Positions 24,851 to 32,000 of a DNA stretch of 32,000 nt are shown piece after piece. Origin of the DNA: Candidatus Methanoperedens sp. (GTDB taxonomy: Archaea > Halobacteriota > Methanosarcinia > Methanosarcinales > Methanoperedenaceae). The notes beneath the pieces were generated by a model that saw only the letters and a program-made list of their open reading frames with translations, was not told the DNA's origin and made no database searches. Positions within the stretch are counted from its first letter, which is position 1. Every line of letters begins with the position of its first letter. A program made the position numbers and the translations under genes. The stretch spans positions 60,001 through 92,000 of the forward strand of contig JAPZAR010000006.1 of assembly GCA_027460535.1 (NCBI GenBank), given 5' to 3'.

Positions 24851-25156
24851 ATGCGCAAAAAACAGAAAGATTGGGCAAAGGACATGGCGCACCAGCGAAT
24901 CGTCAGGCTTTTTGAGCTTGCTGGCCAGGAATTCAGAACGCATCCCGAGCGCAGCGACAGGTATGTGAGGCTGGCAAGGCGCATAGGGATGAGATACCGC
25001 GTCAGAATCCCGGAAGGGCTGAAACCGCGAATTTGCAAACACTGCCATGCTTATCTGGTCCAGGGGGTAACTGCACGCACAAGACTCCAGGGAACCCATA
25101 TTGCAACGACCTGTACAGCCTGTGGAAAGCAGATGAGACGCCCTTATCATGCTTGA
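24851..25156 (+). CDS. rnp4: RNase P protein component 4 (Rpp21 homolog)
   Basis: AHQRIVRLFELA and RYVRLARRIGMRYRV, plus the zinc ribbon CKHC...CTAC. The track ORF begins at a GTG at 24788, but the conserved part starts at the ATG at 24851. Confidence 0.8.
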   Translation: MRKKQKDWAKDMAHQRIVRLFELAGQEFRTHPERSDRYVRLARRIGMRYRVRIPEGLKPRICKHCHAYLVQGVTARTRLQGTHIATTCTACGKQMRRPYHA

Positions 25157-25171
25157 AGGAAAGGCATCAAT

Positions 25172-25612
25172 TTACGGTTTTTTGAATGTTATCTGGGAAA
25201 ATCCTATCTTTTCATTGAACATCCTTTCTGCCTGGATATCCAATTCCATAATAAAAACCTCAAGCACCATGAACGCCTCTGCCTTTTTTCTGATACAGCC
25301 CATTGTCAGTCCTTTGCTGCTGCCTGCCGTTGCATGAAGGTGTATTTTAGGGGAGCCGTTTTCCATGGATATATTGCCAGCTCCGATGATCTCTCTCACG
25401 TCACTAAATTCAGACCAGACTATGTCTGGCGGAACAGATTTCTCACGTGGTCCTGTAACCAGCTTTGCCTCTCCCATTGCCCCGATCACCATGAAGAAAG
25501 CTAATGTTATATCTTCCTTGAGCGCCAGACCCGTTAACTCATTTAGCAAATCTTCGCCATGGTCAACCCTGACCATAAATACCCTGCCAATTGAACCCTT
25601 TCGATAATCCAT
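25172..25612 (-). CDS. PPC (DUF296) domain protein, putative DNA-binding
   Basis: GRVFMVRVDHGEDLLNELTGLALKEDI, GAMGEAKL and IHLHATAG fit the PPC/DUF296 pattern. Confidence 0.7.
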   Translation of the reverse strand: MDYRKGSIGRVFMVRVDHGEDLLNELTGLALKEDITLAFFMVIGAMGEAKLVTGPREKSVPPDIVWSEFSDVREIIGAGNISMENGSPKIHLHATAGSSKGLTMGCIRKKAEAFMVLEVFIMELDIQAERMFNEKIGFSQITFKKP

Positions 25613-25670
25613 GCACTGATTTACATCTGGTTTATTTTAAACCTTGTGATTTTTGCAAGTCGCAACTAAT

Positions 25671-25682
25671 AAAAACTATATA
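25671..25682 (+). promoter_or_regulatory. TATA-like element (AAAACTATATAC) upstream of tRNA-Val
   Basis: An AT-rich TATA-like box centred about 28 nt upstream of tRNA position 1. Confidence 0.4.
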
Positions 25683-25706
25683 CTCCAAAGAACATGTAAG
25701 CCCGGA

Positions 25707-25780
25707 GGGCCCGTGGTCTAGTCGGTTATGACATCGCCTTTACATGGCGGGGATCCGGAGTTCGAATCTCCGCGGGCCCA
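25707..25780 (+). tRNA. tRNA-Val: tRNA-Val (anticodon UAC), no encoded CCA
   Basis: Folded by hand. The acceptor stem is GGGCCCG/CGGGCCC. The D arm is GTCT-AGTCGGTTA-TGAC. The anticodon stem is TCGCC/GGCGG with loop TTTACAT. The T arm is CGGAG-TTCGAAT-CTCCG, with discriminator A. Confidence 0.9.
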
Positions 25781-25944
25781 TTTGCCAGTTCTACTTGTTC
25801 AAGCATTGTAATTAAGGTACAAATAGGTACTTCCTTCGAAAATGATAAGATTTATGTATTATTAATGAGAAACAAATATCAAGGGTAATGCATAAGTTAT
25901 TACTTTTGCATAAAGTCTAATTTAAAGAGAGTGGAGGAAATTTC

Positions 25945-27333
25945 ATGAGAAATAAAAAGGTTACTTATGTTTTAGTGTCGCTGCTAATCATTGCCGGGTT
26001 GATCGCGGCTGGTTGCGTGGGCCCAAATCAATCCGCTGCGCCCAAACCAACAGTAAACGAAACAATTGCTGTCCAGCAGTCCACTGAAAACGATCGCATG
26101 ATAGATCAAAATGCCAAAACGATGATGGAACAGGGCAGGCAAATCTTTCGTTTTGACACTTTCGGCGATGAAGCCTTCTGGGGCGATTCTCTTAAGCTGC
26201 ATCAGGCCATCGCAGGCACGGCTAATGGTGGCGTGGGACCGGGCGTGAGCCCGAAAACAGCTTTAGCTGTAGGTTTAAAAGTCGATATGGATGCGCTTCC
26301 GAAAGAACTGGTTGATAATCTGAAAGCTGGCAAAGTCAATCTGGATGACCCGGCCACTACGCTTGCGCTTCTTAAGCTGAACGCTGTTGTTGGAGTTAAT
26401 GGTTCATTTGATAATTCTGGAAAACTCAGTTCAATTGGAATTACATGTGCTCTTTGCCACTCAACAGTAGATGATTCGTTCTCTCCGGGCATTGGCCACC
26501 GCCTGGATGGCTGGGCAAACCGCGATCTTAACGTTGGAGCAGTTGTAAATCTTTCCCCCGATCTTACATCTGTAGCCAAAATTCTGGGCGTTCCTGAAGC
26601 TACAGTGCGAAAAGTACTCAACAGTTGGGGTCCAGGGAAATTCGATGCAGAGCTTTTCATGGATGGTCCCGCCAAAGCTTTCCGTCCGGATGGAAAGTCA
26701 GGAGCCACACTGATCCCGCCAGCGTTCGGTCTTGCAGGCGTGAACCTTCATACCTGGACAGGATGGGGTTCCGTACCACACTGGAATGCATTCGTCGCCA
26801 ATCTGGAGATGCACGGTAAGGGGAATTTCTTTGACCCTCGATTGGATAATGCATCTCAGTTCCCGATAGCTGCTGCTAATAGGTTTGGTCATGTGACTAT
26901 CGATCCTGACCAGGATATGATTACTTCAAAGCTTCCTGCCCTTCAGTTCTACCAGCTTTCCATTCCCGCTCCCAAGCCACCTTCAGGCAGTTTCAACGAG
27001 GAGGCAGCTAAGCGGGGGGACGAACTCTTTGGAGGGAAGGCCGGTTGCGGCAAGTGCCACATCGAGCCTCTGTGGACGGAGCCAGGCTGGAATATGCACA
27101 AGCCCAGTGAAATCGGTATCGACGATTTCCAGGCTAATAGAGCGCCTGATCGAAGTTATCGCACATCTCCGCTAGCGGGACTCTGGACTCATCAGAAAGG
27201 TGGCTTCTACCATGATGGTCGCTTTGCCACTCTTAGGGATGTGGTAGATCACTACAACAGCTTCTTTAAACTGAACCTGACCTCACAGGAAGAGAATGAC
27301 ATTGTCGAGTATCTGAAGTCAGTCCCGGACTGA
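25945..27333 (+). CDS. Diheme c-type cytochrome, predicted lipoprotein (CCP/MauG-like?)
   Basis: The signal peptide carries a lipobox (LIAAGC). There are two CXXCH heme-binding motifs (CALCH and CGKCH). Assignment to the peroxidase-like family is tentative. Confidence 0.65.
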   Translation: MRNKKVTYVLVSLLIIAGLIAAGCVGPNQSAAPKPTVNETIAVQQSTENDRMIDQNAKTMMEQGRQIFRFDTFGDEAFWGDSLKLHQAIAGTANGGVGPGVSPKTALAVGLKVDMDALPKELVDNLKAGKVNLDDPATTLALLKLNAVVGVNGSFDNSGKLSSIGITCALCHSTVDDSFSPGIGHRLDGWANRDLNVGAVVNLSPDLTSVAKILGVPEATVRKVLNSWGPGKFDAELFMDGPAKAFRPDGKSGATLIPPAFGLAGVNLHTWTGWGSVPHWNAFVANLEMHGKGNFFDPRLDNASQFPIAAANRFGHVTIDPDQDMITSKLPALQFYQLSIPAPKPPSGSFNEEAAKRGDELFGGKAGCGKCHIEPLWTEPGWNMHKPSEIGIDDFQANRAPDRSYRTSPLAGLWTHQKGGFYHDGRFATLRDVVDHYNSFFKLNLTSQEENDIVEYLKSVPD

Positions 27334-27465
27334 GTCACTTGGGCCGCTGGAGTTGAGAAGAAAATCGAGAAATATCATTAACGCACTCAAAGGCAGAAAC
27401 GCTGTCAGTCGAACAACCTCAAAAAAGTGATTCGATAATATGTGATGAAGCTTCCCAGCGGGCTC

Positions 27466-27472
27466 TTTTTTT
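27466..27472 (+). terminator. Oligo-T (T7) candidate terminator
   Basis: A T7 run about 130 nt downstream of the cytochrome stop and before the epimerase gene. Confidence 0.3.
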
Positions 27473-27546
27473 AAGGATTAAACAGCTGTTTCTTTACAGG
27501 TTGAATCCACAGTATTTAAATATTTCTCTGACGCAAAAGGTAACCA

Positions 27547-28485
27547 ATGAAGAACCAGAAAGTGTTGATTACCGGGGGTGCAGGTTTCATAGGGAGCAAT
27601 CTGGCAGAGGAACTGGCCTTGGAAAACGAGGTTGTTGTCCTGGATGACCTCTCCACGGGAAAGGGTGAAAACATTAAAAAGCTTACCGGGAAAGACAATT
27701 TCAAGTTCATCCGGGGAAGCATTACCGACCTCGAATTGCTGCAAAAAATATCGGAGGGCATTGACTATGTCTTTCATCTCGCAGCCAAACCAAGCGTTCC
27801 AGAGAGCATAAAAGACCCCATATCAAGCAATGAAGTCAATATTAACGGGACTCTGAACCTGCTGATCGCTGCCAGGGACCATGATGTCAGGAAGGTGGTC
27901 TACTCATCCTCCTGTGCAGTTTATGGAGATGCAAATGCTATGCCGGTTAGTGAAATGGCGGCGGTATGCCCTAAATCCCCCTACGCAGTAGCCAAGCTCA
28001 CAGGCGAATATTATGGGAGGGTTTTTACCGAGATATATGACATACCAGTGGCATCTCTTCGATATTTCAATGTTTATGGGCCGCGCCAGGATCCGAATTC
28101 CGAGTACGCCGCAGTCGTACCGAAGTTCATAAGCAAAGTAATGGGCGATACACCGCCGGTGATATATGGGGATGGGCTCCAGACAAGGGATTTCGTTTTC
28201 GTCAGGGATGTGGTAAGGGCGAATATCCTGGCATCAAAAACCGGGGTTACCGGGGAGTTCAATATAGGGGGAGGGAATGGGATAACGATACTCGAACTGG
28301 CTGATAAAATAAATGATCTATGGGGGAAAGATATCAAGCCCTTCCACGAAGGGCAAAGAGAAGGGGAAATAAAACACAGCTGGGCCGATATATCAAAAGC
28401 CAGGTCTTTCGGCTACGAACCCGCGTATTCGCTGAAAGATGGGTTAAGGGAAACAATAAGATGGTACAGTAATGAAACCATCTGA
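27547..28485 (+). CDS. NAD-dependent sugar-nucleotide epimerase/dehydratase (extended SDR)
   Basis: VLITGGAGFIGSNL (Rossmann fold), the catalytic YAVAK (YxxxK) and SLRYFNVYGPRQ are typical of UDP-sugar 4-epimerase-like enzymes. Confidence 0.85.
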   Translation: MKNQKVLITGGAGFIGSNLAEELALENEVVVLDDLSTGKGENIKKLTGKDNFKFIRGSITDLELLQKISEGIDYVFHLAAKPSVPESIKDPISSNEVNINGTLNLLIAARDHDVRKVVYSSSCAVYGDANAMPVSEMAAVCPKSPYAVAKLTGEYYGRVFTEIYDIPVASLRYFNVYGPRQDPNSEYAAVVPKFISKVMGDTPPVIYGDGLQTRDFVFVRDVVRANILASKTGVTGEFNIGGGNGITILELADKINDLWGKDIKPFHEGQREGEIKHSWADISKARSFGYEPAYSLKDGLRETIRWYSNETI

Positions 28486-28636
28486 AATATTCTGAACGGG
28501 AAAACATATTCGGGGGTCTCAAGTGAGGAATGCGATCAAAGATTTGATCAGCAGGCGGCCCCCAATATCCGGCGCATATATGGTGTCTGGATATTAAGAC
28601 CACTTTACTACCCGGAAAGCTTATTGAGATATTAAT

Positions 28637-29308
28637 TTACTTTTTTTTAACTTCCACAACATCAGACGCGGTGAATGGGGTGCCTGCAGGACTATTCTTT
28701 GCTTCAAGGAGCCATGTATATTTGCCAGCGACTCTGGGGCTGGTGAGCGTGCCTTTAGACAACTCTACTTTTACCATTTCGTGACTCAATATGGGACCTG
28801 CTATTCCACCGAGAGAAAGGTTGAGGTAACCAGGGGTGCCAGAAGTTGGCTTGGTAAATTTGAGAGAAGTAGTACCGATGACCATGTTCGTCATAAGTAG
28901 ACCTCTCTTGGTTCTATAAGTATGACCGGAATCCGTTGAAAATCTTACATCAACGGTTTCATTTGCTGTGTTGTTTGAAATTATATAGATTATTACTTTA
29001 GATTTATTCATCTTATTGAACCAGGTGTATTTGATGACTGTTTTGCCCGGCGAGGGAAGACCGAACGAATAACCCTTTGGAATTGTTGCATTAAGGAAAA
29101 AAAATCCGCCAGGAGGGGCGCTTTCTGCTTGCATGTTGGCTTGATATTCATGATCAGAAGAACTAACGACGGTAACATGCGGCTCTATGCTCAGTTTTAT
29201 ACCTTGATCAGGAGCCTGCGCAGGCACCAACATTACCATTATTAAAATCGGAGATAAAACCAAAAATGTTAAAACAGACCGCGATAAATTGTTATACTTT
29301 TTATACAT
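28637..29308 (-). CDS. Secreted hypothetical protein (223 aa)
   Basis: An N-terminal signal peptide (LTFLVLSPILIMVMLVPAQA) followed by a sequence rich in predicted beta strand. No family was recognised. Confidence 0.5.
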   Translation of the reverse strand: MYKKYNNLSRSVLTFLVLSPILIMVMLVPAQAPDQGIKLSIEPHVTVVSSSDHEYQANMQAESAPPGGFFFLNATIPKGYSFGLPSPGKTVIKYTWFNKMNKSKVIIYIISNNTANETVDVRFSTDSGHTYRTKRGLLMTNMVIGTTSLKFTKPTSGTPGYLNLSLGGIAGPILSHEMVKVELSKGTLTSPRVAGKYTWLLEAKNSPAGTPFTASDVVEVKKK

Positions 29309-29501
29309 ATTAATCTCCTTTTACTTCGAAAATATGAAAGCTCCACCTTAATCCACTAAAATCAAATACAGCTCTTTACTATTTATACTCATCGGTATAA
29401 CTATTATAAATATTATATTAATTATAATGATAATCCCCATGTATCGAGACGATAGTTTTATCACATATGTAAAAGAATGTGATTCCCGGGAGGCTCTAAA
29501 A

Positions 29502-30329
29502 ATGTGGTTCTTTAATAACAAGCCGCTGGGCATCGCAATATTTTCCATGACCCTTGCAATTCTTTTTTTCTCCATCATCCCGGCATCTGCAACCACAGTA
29601 ATCTCTCTTGACAATACCGTTGATACTCCTGACAGGACAGTGACATATCAAGATAAGAACTATGAACTACAAGATGTGGGCGCGTATCTTATCGGTGAGC
29701 CTGTTAACATAAGTGTTAATGTCACGGATATAAATAGCTTCCAGCTCTCGCTTCTGGATATGAAAGAAGATTTCCTCTGGAACAACATGGTTTATTATAC
29801 CGGGGGAAAGGCTGAAATGATCATGCCTGCATATGTGGTTACCATCCCTGGCACCTACATCTATGCAGTATTCTATCAGGGAGACATGGTGGCCTTCAAA
29901 CCCGTGGTTTTCTCTCAAAATAAAATTACTATTTCACCGGACAGGACTACAGTCGCTCCCGGAGGCTCGCTGCATATCAAAGTCAAAGTTATCCCGGATA
30001 CCAGCATGCCCGTTAAGGTAGTGCTTGCAAAAGATAGCAGTAGCCTTGAATATCCCGTTAACCGCACCCATGAAGGGTCATATGAAACTGAAATAAAGTT
30101 ACCTATGAGCGCCTACGGCAGATTTTCTTTATATGGCGCTATAGTATCGGAGAATAAGGTCATGGGAACTGATGAATTCATGGGGATTTCTAATGCAGGT
30201 ACTATAAATATAACCGACATTCCCCAGTCTGGGCTTCCCTCAAAATCTGGTGACTACTCTTTATTGACAATTCTCTTCGTATTTCTTGCCGGACTTCTTC
30301 TTCTGGTATTCAGAAAAGGAAAGAGTTGA
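29502..30329 (+). CDS. Secreted/cell-surface hypothetical protein with a C-terminal membrane anchor
   Basis: The ATG at 29502 follows gggagg. The signal peptide ends in ...IIPASA. The C-terminal TM helix LLTILFVFLAGLLLLVF is followed by a basic tail RKGKS. The track ORF starts earlier, at 29427. Confidence 0.5.
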   Translation: MWFFNNKPLGIAIFSMTLAILFFSIIPASATTVISLDNTVDTPDRTVTYQDKNYELQDVGAYLIGEPVNISVNVTDINSFQLSLLDMKEDFLWNNMVYYTGGKAEMIMPAYVVTIPGTYIYAVFYQGDMVAFKPVVFSQNKITISPDRTTVAPGGSLHIKVKVIPDTSMPVKVVLAKDSSSLEYPVNRTHEGSYETEIKLPMSAYGRFSLYGAIVSENKVMGTDEFMGISNAGTINITDIPQSGLPSKSGDYSLLTILFVFLAGLLLLVFRKGKS

Positions 30330-30396
30330 CAAACATAATACTCTTGATTTCCGGATTGAAGAGGTTATCTTTTTTTTATTTTGCTTTTTCCGTAAA

Positions 30397-30719
30397 TATG
30401 GGGATGAAGCTTTTGATAGAGCGATGGAAATGCTAAAACACATTGACGTAAGAATCGATAGAGTGAGGCTTGATAAAAATTACAGCCTACCATCTTATGT
30501 TGATAGATTCGGGAATGCCAGGGTCTATGTCATTCCAAGGAAAAATGCGACATTGAGAGGAAATGGAAGGATACGATGAAGGAGTTTGTGGATAATACAA
30601 TTCCATACCTTGAACAATATTATTTGAGAAATAATTCTGAATCTGGATTTTCGGCGGATAAGAGATGGTTCGGGTGGAAAGTGGGACAAAAAGGGATGAT
30701 CGGATTGGTACTGCTTTAA
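30397..30719 (+). mobile_element. Remnant (C-terminal part, frameshifted) of a DDE transposase of the IS4/IS5 type
   Basis: VRLDKNYSLPSYV...VYVIPRKNATLRG resembles the second-Asp region. After a frameshift near 30576, YYLRNNSESGFSADKRWFG matches the Y-(2)-R-(3)-E-(6)-K signature. The N-terminal catalytic part is absent, and I saw no terminal inverted repeats. Confidence 0.5.
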
Positions 30720-30863
30720 CCTGCACTGGCATCTGGCATAATTTGTTAAATCTGTACCCTGCTTAATTCTATCCCACAGCCGTGGTTACCCTAAGATATT
30801 AGTAATACTGAAAATCATATACTATTAAGGCTTCAAAAAATATATTGCGTGGAGGTTAGAAAG

Positions 30864-31367
30864 ATGGCAAGTATCGAAGATATTCCTTTAGAGAAAAGAT
30901 GGGAGATCGCGGCAAAATCAGCAAGTGCCATGCCGCTTATGTATGACATGCACTTTCGGAAAGTTCTTGGTGAAAAGTATGATGAGATCGAGCAACCGCT
31001 ATGGATCGAATTGGGCAAGGAATTGAAGAACTTTGCAACAGCAATGGGTCTGCCCTCAAGGAATGCAAAAGAGGTCAGCGATATTTTCAGGATTGCAGGA
31101 ATGACCCTGTACGGACCTGAATTCAGATTCGAGATGTTAGAGGAGTCAAAAGAAAGGGTCGTGGGAAGGGTAGTTGAGTGTCCTATGCTCAACAGGGCAA
31201 GGGAAATGGGTTTAGATCCGGAAACAGTTGCCCTGAGAGCATGTGTGACATTTAATAGATCAGCTGTTGAGAACCTGAATCCCAAATACACCCACAAATT
31301 AAACGCTAACATGTGCAGCGGAGACAGGTCATGTGAGATGGTCATCGAACGCCAGAATAATGTCTGA
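30864..31367 (+). CDS. Hypothetical protein, possibly of the ATC-hydrolase-like family
   Basis: The ATG at 30864 lies 7 nt after ggaggt. VVECPMLNRAREMGLDPE...CVTFNRSAVENLNP...MCSGDRSCEMVI resembles the L-2-amino-thiazoline-4-carboxylate hydrolase (PF14196) pattern as I recall it. Confidence 0.4.
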   Translation: MASIEDIPLEKRWEIAAKSASAMPLMYDMHFRKVLGEKYDEIEQPLWIELGKELKNFATAMGLPSRNAKEVSDIFRIAGMTLYGPEFRFEMLEESKERVVGRVVECPMLNRAREMGLDPETVALRACVTFNRSAVENLNPKYTHKLNANMCSGDRSCEMVIERQNNV

Positions 31368-31719
31368 CTCCTGGAGAAGCAACTTTAGGGCATTTTACTC
31401 CCCAGTTTTAATATTAGTCTTGGTCGTATAAAATTTGGCTTTTTGATATGGATTTTAGTATTCAAATGAGTTATCGGTTCTGATAACCAAAATCTATTAA
31501 TATCATTAATGTGAAAATGTAATATTGGAGAGCAAACCGGGTTGATCATGTCTGGACTTACTATGGCCTGTAAGCCCGGAATGATATAGAAATGCCAAAC
31601 ATGGGTAAAGCCATGTGCGGATTAACTATGGATTTGGTTCCCGCCCGGGCTTGAATCCATTCATGAACTATTTTTGTCAAGGCATCTGTCCCTGGCGAAC
31701 CGCGGGACAGCGAATCAAT

Positions 31720-31950
31720 TCACTTCTTGAATTCATAGATGTCTGGCCATTTCTCCGGAGGCGTAAGTGGTGGGGGATATTCTGGAAATGGATGAACACC
31801 TGTCTTTAATTCTTTCTTTTTCAATGCCATCATGCCGGCTCTTATCAAGGCGATAATGGCGTCTTCCTTTTCCTTGTAGATCCCCCGTGATACCAAATTC
31901 TCTATGCCTTCCTCTAAATCTTGAGGCAGATGGATAGTGATTTCTTCCAT
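31720..31950 (-). CDS. Ribbon-helix-helix (CopG-like) small DNA-binding protein
   Basis: EEITIHLPQDLEEGIENLVSRGIYKEKEDAIIALIRAGM is a beta-strand/helix/helix pattern typical of RHH antitoxin or regulator folds. Confidence 0.5.
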   Translation of the reverse strand: MEEITIHLPQDLEEGIENLVSRGIYKEKEDAIIALIRAGMMALKKKELKTGVHPFPEYPPPLTPPEKWPDIYEFKK

Positions 31951-32000
31951 GAATCTAATTCAGCCTGTCTTGCCAAATAGGTTTCCAAAATTGGTTACAT

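Noticed and set aside
27478-27777. Two minus-strand ORFs (99 aa and 81 aa) overlapping the epimerase start
   Set aside because: They are antisense to a well-supported SDR epimerase gene that includes its Rossmann motif, and they have no recognisable domains.
25707-30719. Genomic island integrated at tRNA-Val
   Set aside because: By eye I found no downstream direct repeat of the tRNA 3' end, and there is no integrase. The only evidence is the accessory-looking gene content and an IS remnant.

Overview
The window looks archaeal, most like a Methanosarcinales or ANME-2d type euryarchaeon. This is an inference from RNase P Rpp21, a GPN-loop GTPase, XerA, a PolB2-type polymerase, DUF835, c-type cytochromes, TATA-like promoters and a tRNA without encoded CCA. 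All homology calls are motif recognition from memory; no searches were run.

Layout:
- 1-3.5 kb: SufB/D 3' end, ACR3 arsenite pump, AhpD-like protein and a HI0933-type flavoprotein.
- 3.6-8.5 kb: a minus-strand island of paralogous small-enzyme genes (4 RibD_C/DHFR-like, 2 PhnB/VOC-like with one decayed, 2 SRPBCC, 1 YciI).
- 9-9.5 kb: two small wHTH genes.
- 10.4-13.5 kb: the three-gene operon of inactivated RadA-like ATPase, small protein and PolB2.
- 14-15.2 kb: xerA and a NifU-like gene.
- 15.2-16.0 kb: a complex non-coding repeat region.
- 16-21.4 kb: UbiD, a 7TM/DUF3795/DUF835 protein, the GPN GTPase and UbiA.
- 21.4-24.8 kb: a radical SAM gene flanked by a ~0.95 kb direct duplication. 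Each copy carries an NHLP/Nif11-leader-like gene; one is intact and one is frameshifted.
- 24.8-32 kb: rnp4, a PPC/DUF296 gene, tRNA-Val, a diheme cytochrome lipoprotein, an epimerase, secreted proteins, an IS remnant and an RHH gene.

Most notable:
1. Eleven copies of a CCGTWACGS dyad lie in four strictly 26-27 bp phased arrays. These bracket both the PolB2 operon and a 2.5 x 213 bp tandem array rich in hairpins and palindromes.
2. The radical SAM gene plus duplicated NHLP-like genes form a candidate RiPP-like locus.
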